Positions 1 through 13,420 of a stretch of DNA of 64,000 nt are shown piece after piece. The translations under genes and the position numbers were made by a program. The stretch is from Chrysomallon squamiferum (taxonomy: Eukaryota > Animalia > Mollusca): assembly GCA_012295275.1 (NCBI GenBank), contig CM022665.1, positions 15,004,001-15,068,000 of the forward strand, written 5' to 3'. The first letter of the stretch is position 1, and every line of letters starts with the position of its first letter. The notes below the pieces were generated by a model, which ran no database searches, was not told the origin of the DNA, and was given only the letters and a program-made list of their open reading frames with translations.

Positions 1-639
1 GGGGAACATCTTCTGTCTAAGCTAACATTTCTTGACATTTTTTTGTCATGTGATATATTGAAGCCTTTGCCTGTGTTTTTCTTTCTTACTTGTAAATGTG
101 TCAGCTCTAAGAAACATTGAACTTGTAAGACATTGGCTATGGCCATATCATTTTTGTTTGTGTTGATTGCTGAGAACACCATTCTTTTTGGTATCCAAAA
201 ATTACTATCTGCTACCTTAAATATTTGTATAAAATTTGGCAGACTATGAAAGAAATGCATAATTTGTATTTTGTGTATTATTTAAAGTCTCAAATAAGCT
301 TACCTTGAATCGACTACAATCATTTTGAAACAGTAAGTGTGTCTGTTGATTCTCTGTCATTTATCAAGAAATGAATACTGTGATGAAGCTGAATATGTAT
401 ACTATGTCATGATGTTTGTTGTTTTTGAAAGTATTAAAAAATAATGATGAATTAGAAACACAAGTGAGGCACCCCCCTTCAAGATAAGTTAAAACATGTC
501 ATAACAGTTGGGTGACTGTCTGTAGCAGCACACATCTTTTGTCACATAGCTATATAAATGGTTTAAGCAGTGCTTGATGTAATCGTATGTATATTAGTTG
601 ATAATTAAACATACAAATTAACTGATTTTTATTATATTT

Positions 640-1560
640 CTGGGTCATTCCTTGTCAAATCACCTCCCAAAAAACTAATTTTAAACCCGACTGTCTCAGA
701 TTTTTATGAAACATGGTATACTTGTTGATTGGGACCCCACAACACCAAATCCAAAATTTTAGGCCATTCAGACCAGTGGTTTGGGAGATAGGGCCCCCAA
801 AATTTCTTCAACATCTTGTATATAAAATAATTCCAACAGTTATGAACTGCTAATCAGTTATTAATTAAAGTGTATTTTGATCATTTGCTGTAATCACTTC
901 TCTGGTGGCCTCAAAAAAATGTTTTGTAATTAATACCTACAAATAACTAAATACACAGTTGAAACTGTTTGATGACATTGGTCTTGAAACCTTCCATATA
1001 ATAAACCTAGACATGCCGTCACAATGACTCTTGTGGGATCACTGACTGATAATGCACAGACGTTTGATATAGGGTCAGTTTGAAGAATGTTGGGTACACT
1101 AACCATTTGACCTTTGTTATGACATTGAAATTGACCTTGTGGATCACATGACCTTGAGATGACCTTTCTTGAAATTTAATCTCCCACATGTAAAACATAT
1201 AAAAGTTTCAGAGATATAATATTCTTTGTTTAGCAGCAATACACATTAAAAAATTGCATGTCCATGAAAATAACACCTTTTCTGCCATTAACATCTAATT
1301 AGCTAAAACCTGAATGACCAATTCCTGATGCTAGGAATCCGTGAGGTTGCATGAAATGAATGAAGAAGTCTCCATGCTCTTCTGAAATGTCCTCAACTAA
1401 CCCACCCCATGCCTCATTGTCATACAGACAACAAACATAGTTTTGCTTCTTGGCTCCTCTGGTAACTCTATCATATCATCTTCAAAGACCAGTCATTGTA
1501 AGTGTTTTGAGACACATATGATGTGCAGTTCACAATGTCATTCCACTCTTCCATGCAAAA
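640..1560 (-). mobile_element. Decayed DNA transposon fragment (terminus plus frameshifted transposase C-terminus)
   Basis: The minus strand at ~1443-1300 reads NYVCCLYDNEAWGGLVEDISEEHGDFFIHFMQPHG, resembling from memory a YV.C.YD..W.G.....FM.P.G motif of invertebrate DNA transposases; the upstream frame is broken. 640-810 looks like a GC-richer element end. Superfamily not established. Confidence 0.45.
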
Positions 1561-1964
1561 ATAAAAACTGTTGTTACTTATAGTTTATTCTGTTTCTTAA
1601 CTTTAAGCTTGATATGTTTCAGTGTAAATATTTATGTTAGGTGATAAGAAAAAGATCGTAATTAATTAAAATTTACTTCTGTTCTTTTTGTTTCATTTTT
1701 AAAAACCAAGTGTGTGTGTGTGTGTGTGCTATCAACATCCTTTTTGCCAGCTTAATAGGCAAAAAAACTCTTCTCCTAACCTCAAGTTTTTGCTTGACAT
1801 TTGAAACATTTCCCTATTCCTTACTTAAGCACTTTCAATTTTATCACAAAGGATGGAAGAATTTAATAACAAGTAAAACAATTTTGAGGAATATGTATCA
1901 AATAAATAACTAAATATCAGGTATAATACAGAATTCTTGGGAACCAGACATTAATCATGATGGG

Positions 1965-2099
1965 ATATTGAGATAAGGTTCCTTGTCCAAAAATGCACAG
2001 GCAGACAAAGGCCACCCCAGTAGAAATAATACAAGGTAGAAAAGCTCCCCCCGTGATAAAACAAAATATGATAAAAGCCCCCCCATACATAAAAATATA

Positions 2100-2142
<43 letters not shown>

Positions 2143-2720
2143 CTACCATTGTTTAATATGTTCCATGACATCAAATTATCAAAATCTTGGAATTTATGTA
2201 ACTAGTTATTTATTCAAGTAAACTGGATGTGATCAGCTTTAATAACTGACTAAAAGTAACCCACGTGATTAGCATGTGAAAATATACCTTAGAAAATATG
2301 AATATTATTTTGTCATGAAGTCACAAATTCCAGTGACATTTGGAGTTTTTCTCAACTTCTGATACTGTTTTTGAAAATTATATTCAGTTTTCAAAACAGC
2401 AAAATTCCAAAAATGTACTCTAATACGTTATTTCACTTTGTGTCATGTGACTATGTATGTTCTGATATAAATTCTCTCTTCAGATTGTATCCTTCATCTT
2501 AATTGTCATTATTATCATAGTAATTAATTATACTGATCAAATAAACATGCCATTATTATGCTGATTTTGATAAAGATATATAGTATGCTCTAATAAACTG
2601 ATTGTTTGCAGTATTATTTTTTTTTTAATGAGGTGCATTTTCCCTACTGTACATTTAATCTGGGGTGGTTGTCCTTTTTTGTATTTCAACTTGGGGGGGG
2701 CTTTTGTCCTATATTCCACA
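1965..2720. mobile_element. Foldback/MITE-like element with inverted arrays of AAAAGCCCCCC/CCACCCCAG motifs
   Basis: 1965-2090 carries gacaaaggccaccccag, aaaagctcccccc and ataaaagccccccc; 2630-2720 carries the reverse complements ctggggtgg and ggggggggcttttgtcc. Confidence 0.5.
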
Positions 2721-4674
2721 TAATTCCTGAAAATGTGTCTGATTATATATATTTCCTGCAATCTGTCTACAAAATGGTTATGTTTTAAAAATTAAATTTT
2801 TATCGACAAATATAATTAAAGGTGATTGAACTTTTGCAACAGCTTTCTCAGACGGCTAGAATATATGGTGCAGGTCTATAATAAACATTTATTACTTCAC
2901 GAGTCGGAAGTGATAAACAGTTGGACAAGTTGTGTTGTTATCTGAAAAACATTTTTTTTTCTTTCTTTTTTGTTCTGTTTAAAATAACTGAAGCTGAAAG
3001 TTGGGCTCGGTCCACTGTTCACAGCCGACCGACTGTTACACTTGAAATAGAAAATTACAAGTTTGGCCACAGTTGAACGATCTGCATTTCAGTTGTTTTC
3101 TGTTGTGAGCATAGAGTATCATTGTTTTGACAGTACTTAATGACAGCAGGCAACAGGTTATTACAGAAACTGCCTGAAATGGTTGTTAATGTGATGAAAT
3201 TTTAGTCTGAACACAGGCATTTATGTAAGTAGAAGTATTCAGTTAAAAGATTGCCAGTTTAAAGAAATGAATAACATGCACTGTTTTGTTTTAGTCTACA
3301 TGCAAGAGTATATAATATTGTCATCATTTTATGTTTTGTTACTTTCAGAAAGTGAAATACTAAGAGTTTGTAGGTTTTTATATATACAAATATACACACC
3401 CACCCACACACACAACACACACAGATATATACAGATTGCCAGTTTATAAAGTTTAAAATGTTTTATTACAAATGTTACAGTTAAATGCCTGTCACGTGTC
3501 AGCTGACAAATAGTCTGTCACTGATGACTGTGTGGGTTTTTTTCTAGGTTTTTTTTCTCATATTTCTCTCCAAAGCAAACTTCTCTGTCATGGCCTCCAC
3601 GTTTGACACTTTTTTTGGTAGTAGCAGCAAAATATTTAATTTGTTTCATCGTTTTAAGAATGTCTGTGTATGAAAGTTCATTCACTGTATCATTGTGAAT
3701 ATCATCAGTCCATTCAGATTTTTGAATTTGCCTGTTGTTACTTTCTGCTGAAATGTTGGTGTCATACAAATACTGTCTTCATATTTTAAATGGCATAGCC
3801 ATGGTTCATGCAAGGAGGTGATATGGTCAAAATATTTGCCCTTTTGTACTAAACTTCAGCTAACTTTTAACCCATGGCAAAGTCTAAATTGCTTTCTTTT
3901 TTTCTTTCTTTCTTTCAATTTTTTTAATTTATTTATTTTTATTTTATTATTATTATTGTTATTATTTATATATTTATTTTATTATTATTATTTTAATATA
4001 TCACTTGGAAGTTGAAAGTATTGATACATTTTGCCTCCAGTTTGTCCAATGATCAGATGAACTCAGTTTTCTATCAATCAGTAGATTTTTGTTTTATTTT
4101 TTTAATAAAACATGTGACCGGCTGTATGACTAGCTTCAAAGATGCACTGTTTTACTGTTGTGATTACAGTTTGACAATAAACACAGTCTTTTAAACTAGT
4201 ATACAAATTAAATTAACTGAGATGGACATGATAACTAACTCAGAATTACATGTACAGTAAAGTTTACAATTGAAAAAACAACATAAGTAGAGGTTCGAGA
4301 CTCGAGAAGACAGGCTGCAAGCAATTATAAACAAACATTAGAATAACATTTTGTTTAATAATTTGATCACATATGGATGTATACCTGTAGATTTTTTATT
4401 TAATTTTTTTAGTTTGCTCTGCCATTTCAATAAATTAAGTAAAACAATACAGAATGTGAGCCATATGTACTTATGCAGACTTCTGCTTTTTGACATTAAA
4501 TCTAAATGAGTGAATTTACTTAGCTATCAACACACACTAGTATTAATCTTGTTCATTTAGCTGTGTATAGTAATTACAAGAAGCAAGGCATCATTGTTTA
4601 TTAAGCTTTCAAAAAGTTGTGTGGTTTCACATTTATTTGTATATGTTTATAATGAATGGTAGAATATTTGTTTC

Positions 4675-5470
4675 TGTGTGTATGTGTGTGTGTGAAAGTT
4701 TATGTATGTGCATATATAGAATTTTATAACTAAACTTGCTAGTGCTGAAACACTGACAATTTTCAACAAAATAAAATTTCACATAATTTAAATGATATAT
4801 TAACACTTTGATTTAAAAAACAACAACAAAAAACAACACTTATTTGTACATTAACAGTACATGAAGAAAATATTTTATTACAAAGCGCATAAAGGGCCAA
4901 AGTTTTATTCAATAAATATTTGGTTTTGATCAGATTAAAGCAAAACCTTTAATAATAATTTCACTTTCCTTGTTTGCTGATTAGTAAATAATGGATGAAA
5001 CTGCCAATCTATCATAATGTTTTGCTGCACACAGATCACTGATTGTTCAAATAATGATGAAATGACGATTAAAGTGATGATATCTGAAATGATTCCAGTC
5101 TAGTGATGTATGATCTATATTTGATAAATAAAAACATTTTACACAAGATTACAGGTTTTAGCAGATTAAATTTTCTTTATAAAATGTTTTTTTGGCGGGT
5201 TTTTTTTTTTTTTTAATTTAATTACTTTCTTTTATATTTTTTTTTTTTTTTTTCTCAAAAAAGAACAAAACTTTTATATTTTAACTTTTCATTTATATTC
5301 TTGTTTTGTTTGTTAATTCAGTTTTCTTATTCACATATTTTTTTATTTTCATTTTAAATTAAAAATAAATAGTAAGAAAGTTTCTTTTCATTTTATTCTT
5401 TTTGTTTTTGTTACACTTTTCATCAGTTTGAATATTTCTTTAATGTTTTAAGTCATCTTGATATTTTCTT
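4675..5470 (+). repeat. Copy A of a duplicated ~0.8-1 kb segment
   Basis: Core ~4910-5178 is near-identical to 16661-16927; flanks are alignable but diverged. Confidence 0.9.
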
Positions 5471-5670
5471 TTTGTTTTGTTTTGTTTTGTTCTTGTCTAT
5501 CATATAAGGACAAATATAAATTGTAATAATTTCTTCAGATATCAAAAAATGGTTTATTTTCAGTTATGTTTCTAACAACCTTAGAAATGGTTTGTTACAT
5601 TTCTTAATACTGATTAGCACTTACAGGAACAGCTGCTGATTATTATTTTTACAGTTACTATTACATTACA

Positions 5671-5742
<72 letters not shown>
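5671..5742. repeat. (ATT)n microsatellite
   Basis: Perfect trinucleotide run. Confidence 0.95.
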
Positions 5743-8559
5743 TTGCAAAGATATTATTTCTAATTTCTGATTTTTTTTTTTTTTTTTTTTTAATCTCTTC
5801 CAAGATGGATACATATTGTACAGCCATGGTCAGACTGTCATGAATACTTTTCTTCTAAATCATTTTTGTTGTGTTCATTCTCATAATTTCATGATGTGTG
5901 TATGAGTGTGCTTAACAGTTTAGACAAAATCAATAAAGACTGAGTATAGAGGTTTACATCACAGTAAAGGAACAGAGTTGTAGAAGTTATTTAGCAGTTA
6001 GTATACTGGCCTTAAGACTTATTTACTGCAGTCATATTCTTGAATAGTTTTATTTTTTATTTCTTAAAATTCTTTAATAAAAATATTTTGTCAATAAATG
6101 TTCTTTAAACAAGTATGGGGCAATCATTATTTAAAAAAAAATTTTACTGGTTTTTTTTAACCTAGTGTCTAAAAAGTAAACTTTAACAAATCATGCTTAA
6201 ATTGTCAAATTAAACTGGGCTTTTGGGTTGTCTTTTTTTTTGGGGGGTGTTTGTTTGCTTTAACCCTCATTTTTCAAAACATTTTTAAGTTTGCTGCCCT
6301 CAAAGTTAAATTGTGTGTACTGGACGTAGATGTATGTTGAATTATGTGACAACGTTATAAGTTTTTATATACATTACATTTATTATTGCTTGTGTTGTCA
6401 CAGTGTTGCAGAGTCAGTGACATGCAGGTTGAGACTCACTGGGTTAAATCATTGGACTGAATGGTTACTATTTCAATAAGTACTCCACTATTGGTTTCTC
6501 TGTGGTTGTGGGATGTCCTGTCATGTCTGAAAGAAGGTACATATAATTATAAGATTCTTTATTAAATACTAATAATCTGTAAGTGTAACATTCTTAACTG
6601 TTTATTACTATTTGCTTTTGCATTTCTGACACGTGTAGAAAGTAAACTTCAAAAATCTCATTTTTGAAAAGTTATCATTTCTGAAATGTCAACCAGATAA
6701 TATTGGTGATGTTTTGAGCAGAAATGGCAGAAAATGACCAGCTGATATAGATGTTGTATGTTAGTGTATGTGTGCATACATGTGAGTGTTTTTGATTCTA
6801 CACAGTTTTCTGAGTGTGTAAGGCAGTAGGCCACGGTATTATAGATATTATTCATCAAAATGATAAGATCATTTTATTTCTGAAATTGGAAATGTCAGAA
6901 GAATAAGCCATTGGATTATCCTGTCATTTTTTCACGGTAATGGCCAATTCAGTGTAACATGAGACTTACGCTGGATGAGGGTTGTGTTTCTATTTAAATA
7001 AAGTTACAGTGGAATGATGTAAATGTTGCCACCATGTTTTATATTATTATTTCTAATTATGAACTGTAGATGCTATTTCCATATAGCAGTACAACTGACT
7101 TTTCAGTACTAGTTTAACACTTGCCAACACTAATGCATAGTTTTCGAATAATAACAATACTGGTTGCCGACTGGCTGTCAGTGAGTTACACTTTTAAATT
7201 GGTTGTAAGGAATGCTTTATATGCATCTTTTAGAGACAGGAGAACACATACTATTTCATTAATGGAAACAGCCCAATGAGAGTATTAAAAAGAATGATCA
7301 TGGTATCTTTAGTCACCAGAGTCCAGTTTCAGATGGGGCAGCAGGAAACCTACCTTTATAGATTATCATCTTTTCTCACCTTTATTATTCATCTTTGGTG
7401 TGTAGTATTCACCTTTATAGAAACTGAAAAGTCCAAGATGGAAATCATATACACTTACATATATACAAACATGTACACACCCACTCAAACATACAGACAC
7501 GTGTGTGTGTTACTATTACTATTACTATTATTATTATTATTATTATTATTATTGCTGTTTTAATGTTTTGTTTTTTTCAGTACCAAAGACAGCTGCTGAC
7601 TATGAAATATTTCCAAATACAATGATATTTAATAAAACTGGACTAACAACTTGTCTCCAGTTTTGTTGTGACAAATGTCATTGAATAGGCTTCATTCAGC
7701 AGAAACCTGTTTAAACAGTTATGTATAAGGTCACAGCTGGTTGTTAACACCTATTTTAACACATTATTTATTACCATATCTACTTTCATTGAACAGTATA
7801 ATCCAGTGGCTAAGCAGACATTTAGGTATTTTTCTAATTTTATAACAGAAATGTTAGATTAGGCTTTTAAATAACGTGTTAATGGATATTACGTAAATTA
7901 GATAATCTGCAGTTTAAATGAATGTCCCACTTATTTTTTTTACAGCATGAATTTCATCTCCACTTTATATTCTTTGTGATATTTATTCTGTATGTTTATT
8001 GAGTTTGGATTTTGGTGAAATAATTGTTCCTTTCTGTTTCTTTTCTTTTCTTTTTAATACTTCTTTATCCATTTTTTTATATTTTATTTTTATATTTTAT
8101 TTTCCATTTTCATTTTTGATTTTTAAATTTAAAACTTTTTATCTTTTCACACAAAAAAGATAATGTTAATTTGTGTATTTTCAGATCTAAAATTACTGAC
8201 AGACATGACCATTACAACCTTTCTGGAGCAGACACCTTCATATAATGTTACTAATGAAAAGAAGAAAAATGGATAAGTTTGATGCAACTACCAGTGAACT
8301 TCCTGTTTAGAAATTCTAGAAAATTTGCAATGGTTTAGACAGTTGTGTTTTGTTTCATACTTGTGCCTTTCATGTGCTGCCTTTCTTTAATGGTCTTCCA
8401 TTTAAAAAGTGCCTATTAAAAATATTCCAATATATTTTTTTGAATTGGAATAGTTTAAAAGAGCTTCCACCCTTGCAGACAAAAAAAACAAAAAAATCAA
8501 ACCACACTGATCTGTGATAAAGGTATGAACATTTATATATTTTGAAAGTTGAGAAATTT

Positions 8560-8800
8560 CTGTTATTTATTTAATAATGAACAATTATGTATTTATTTTA
8601 TAATAAATATAGATATATTATTTATTTATTTTATGATGTACATAGATATATTTGTTATTTGTTTTATAATAAACAAAGATACAGTTGTTATTTTTTTATA
8701 ATGAACATAGATATATTTGTTATTTTATAATAAAAAAAGAGATATATATATTTATTTTATAATAAACAAAGATATGTTTGTTATTTGTTTTATAAAAGAC
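8560..8800. repeat. AT-rich ~30-bp minisatellite
   Basis: Repeated ttttataataaacaaagatatatttgttat-like units. Confidence 0.7.
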
Positions 8801-8944
8801 ACATATTAATTCTTTCTGTTTTTCTCAGTTTTTATTTATTGTGTTATTTTTTAATTATTGGACACAAGAACTGGATTACTTCCTAAATGAAAGAGTGACT
8901 GTCATTGGCTGATTTAACTTGTGACATGTTTTAATTGGATAAAG

Positions 8945-9054
8945 ATGGAAAATTTAATCGATTTAAACAATCTTTCTGAAGAGGAAAAACAAGTGATTCT
9001 GAATGTGATCAAACGGGATGAAGAGGTCAAACAACAACAAGACAACAAAGTTGT
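8945..9054 (+). CDS. SYTL4/SYTL5-like: Slp exon 1: start codon and SHD1 helix ([36 protein letters not shown])
   Basis: DL..LSEEE...IL.VI.RDEE motif of Rab27-binding domains; donor GTACGT at 9055, phase 2. Confidence 0.9.
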
Positions 9055-12000
9055 GTACGTATTAAATATTATGGCTGGTTTTTCTGGACCCTGTTTTAGA
9101 CTGAATGAACTCAGAAACAACACTTCAAACTCATTAATTTACATTTAATATTTTTAAAATTAATAAGCTGATTTTAATGATGCCAGTACTAATAAATTTG
9201 TACTGTTTATACTGTTTTTCACTTAGTCATTTCATTTACATTTAATATTTATTTAACTGAAGTTTCTAGCAGTATATAGAGCTTTAGAGACAAGAGTGGA
9301 TAGTCTATATTTAGTTTCACAGAGATGTATTGTTGAATTATTATTTTGTGAAAAACTGATAATCTGGAAAGGCTTTAGAAACAAAGGTGCTGGAAAATTG
9401 TTTGTGTACCTCAAATCATTTATTGTCACTGAGTAATAATTCATTAGAAATTGAGTTCAAAACCCCAGTCCAGGTATTTTACAGATATTCACTATATGTT
9501 TTCATTCCTTTAAAAGATTTAGTCCATTATTTTATTTGTATTTATTAACATATATTTTCACATACGCTTGGTCAGTTTGTTTTTTGTACAAATTTCTGAT
9601 TATTTAACAAAATCTTTGAACCTTTGATAATTTAAAAGAAAATTTTCAGACTTAGATAATACAAATTCAGTTTTTGAAAATGTTTTTTTTATTTTTTTTA
9701 TTATTATTTTTTTTTTCTCCTCATATTTTTACAGCCAGCTGAGAATGGAGATTAACAATTTACGCAAACAGAGTATTTTACGTGGCGATGATGACTCAAA
9801 TAAAATGTGTATACGTTGTAGAAAGCCATTTGGATTCTTTTTTGACACGGGTGATTTTTGCAGTCACTGTAAATACAAGATCTGTAACAACTGCCGTGAG
9901 ACACTGGTGTCCAATGGCTGGCTTTGCTGTCTTTGTTATAAACAAATGTAAGTGAATGTTGTTTACTTGTGGAAGAATTATCAACCTGTCTTGAAAATAA
10001 TTATAATAAAATAACTGTACTGCTTTTAAACTAGTGGTAGTACTAACTGCAACAACACAAACTACAACATCTATGACAACAACAATAAAAATGATGATAA
10101 TAACAATATTAAAAAAACAATACTACAACCACCACCACCACTATTACTACTGCTATTATCATTATTACTAGGCTATTTATTTGTACTTCTACAGAACGGT
10201 ATAACTTTGCTACTTCTTACACAGAGAGTCAAGTTAACTTTTCTATTACTGACCACAACTGTTACTTAAAACTGTAATTACTTTATCATCATTTTCCTAT
10301 ATTGGGATTTGTTTTCAAACTAGAAAAGTTTCTTTTAGAATGAATTTTTTTTTTTTTTTTTATATGGCTTTTTATTTAATTTGTAGACAATTTTATAATT
10401 AAAAAAAGCAACAAAAAATAAACAGAAACAAAGAAACCAAACCAAAAAACTAAATATTTCTTTTTTCCAGGCAACTTAAATGGCTGACTGGAGAATGGAT
10501 ATATGGAACAACAAAGAAATGTTCCAAGTTCATGCCATCTGGTGGTGATGTTATTAAAGCTTCCATCAGAAAAACAACTGGTAATCGTAAGTTGCATACT
10601 TTTACTTGATTAAATAAATCAATTCAGAAACAGTTTTAATTAATTAAAGGTCACTGTGGGTTACTTGATCACTTTTTTTAAAACCTGTATTGTCATTTGT
10701 AAGCTTGGAATTGTTGCCAAGGAGTAAAAGGGATAAAGAGGTTAAATTCAGGTTTGATTGGATGAAATTTAGACCTGTCCATCAGAGGAAATGGTTTTAA
10801 TTTTACCATTTGTGGGTGGGCTGTTGTATTTGGTAAATAAATGAATGTACACTCAGTGTTATTAATGGTGTTCATGGGAAGGTTGCACTACAGGAATAAG
10901 CTCTTGGATCAAGTATATTGAATTCTGATATTATCATCACATAAAAATGTATATTTGAAACCTTTTAACCATTTTTAACAAGAACTGTCATTGTGTTCCT
11001 GCTAACAAACACTTTTTATTATTTTCTCAAATGCCTATTTTATTACAGAAAGAGAGTTTGAAAATAATTGTAGCTACAGGCTAGTCTTGTGTGTAACCTG
11101 CATGGTCACTTGTTAATGTTAAAATACTCTGATACTCAGAAGATAGCAGTGTTTTCATCTTGTGACTTTATCTTTAATCTTCAGAGGTTTGGACGTCCCT
11201 TGTTGTTGATAGCCCTAGGCACTTGATATATTTCCTTGGTCAGTAGGACAGGTCATTTTATAGAAAACAGTAAAAATTTTCTGTCTGTGTAAATCTTTTT
11301 TTGTAACAATCTGTTATATTATTGAAAATGTAAATGTTACACTATCAAGTTATATTATTTGTTACATACAATTAGCTAAGTGGTTAATTGAGATAACTTG
11401 TAAATGATTTGGTTGTTGGACACTGGAATAGTTTAAGATTTAAGAAAAAAAAGTATGTTAAGTGCACAGTTCATTCTCTGCTTAAAGAAATGTAGACAAG
11501 CAGAAAAGTCAACATCACCAAGTCAGACATAGTTGTTTCATTTTCATCTTTTTTCTGTAAAAGCCAGAACTTGTAATAAGTTAGACAGAGATGGTGAGAA
11601 AGAAAGAGAAAGAAGATAAAAGCAAAGCAAACAAAAAGAGAAAGCAAGAGAGAAGAAATGAGATAGAGAGAGAGGCAGAATGAAAGAATGAGGGAAAGAA
11701 TGAAAGACAGATAGAGAAAGAATAAGTAAATTTAGTGTGAAAAATCTACTTCTTTTTTGTATTTACAAGTAAACCATATTTATATTACAGTGTAATCTAT
11801 TATTATGCATATAGGTGTAATTTGATAGCAATTTGAAGTTATCAAAACTCTGATATTTTATTTGTCACCATTTTGGTTATATTCAGTAACTGATTTCAGT
11901 CTGTGCTAGTAGATACATTCATCAATCATTAAAAAGTCAGAATCATTATTCATTCATTTATTTTTTTAACTCACTAAATTAAAAACAAAACCAAAACTTG

Positions 12001-13385
12001 ATGTAAACAGCCAGGGTACCTTTAATTCCACCTTGTTTTCCCATATAAGGACTTTTAACATGTTATTAATGCAACATTTACAAACGAGCCTTCAGATATT
12101 TAGCCTCACATAACCTGTTTAATTAGCATTAAGATTCTTCTGCTCCTCTTTGGAATAATTTGCTGTAAACATATTACAGCCATTTAAGTCAGATGCAAAA
12201 TTGGATCCTTCCAATTAAGCTTGATGCAGAAACAAGTTATTGATCTGTCGAACCAATACAGCATAAACCACACACTGAGCATTGGGACATTCTTTGAATA
12301 ATGGCTTCCCCAGTGCCAGCACAATGCACATCATTCACCCATCGATTAATATTTCAGCAGGCTGCTTGTAAGCACTGAAAAGAAAGATATACTAACATTG
12401 TCAGTCTGCCACTGTTTATTCTTGTCACCTATAAACAAGACAGTGGATGGTACTTCTTCTTGAAAAACACTTGGCCATTTTTTTTTTGTCTTCTTTTCAT
12501 TTCTCTACTTCTGCCCACTTCCTTTATGTCAACAGACAGAGTGTTTTAGCCAATCAACACTGATGTAACAAGACACAACATAGCTTCTTCCTCCATCTCT
12601 CACTCTCTCACAAAAGGCGTGTTGATGCATTGAGCTGGAAATAATGCCACATCCTAAGAAACCGATCAGTGCTTTGCAGCTGTCAAGAAATGAATCGGAT
12701 GCTTGTGGTCATTTGCATGTTGACAGCGTCATTGGTTAGCACCACAGTGCCGTTGCACATAACTTTGCATCTGCAGTAGCTGTTGGTCCTCACAGTAGGA
12801 AAGCCATGATGTTGGAACGATTTCGTATGCTAGTTATTGAGGTTACTACACGGATGCATGAAGCAGCAGGTAATACTATAACTAACAATTTAATAATGTA
12901 AAAGATAATTTAATAATACAACTTGAATATTTCAGCCAGTTTTGGGGGGTTTTTTAAAGTGTTTCATTTAACTTTTTAGTTAATAGACTAGTTTTTTTCT
13001 TTTTATTTTAATATATTGCTTATCTAGTTAATAAGGTGTGTTCTGACGGATTTTATATCAGCTAAAAAGCTTTTCTTTTTTATGGTTGTTAAAGAATTAT
13101 TTTTGTTTCCTGAAAAATATAATTATTAATAGGCACTTATCTACCTTGCAGAAAAATAAATAAATAAATATAGATTTTTTAAATATTTTTTTTATTGTTG
13201 TTAGAAAATTCACAATACAGAATATTAATTAAAATGATTTTTCTTCATTTTTAATGTAACAAGAAAAAAAAAAAAAGCAAATGTTTTTGCATTTGACTTT
13301 TAACTTAATCATTAATAAACATATTTTAAAAATTATTTAAAATTGACTATTTATATCATGATTTTCATATTAGTAGATATTTTAT

Positions 13386-13420
<35 letters not shown>

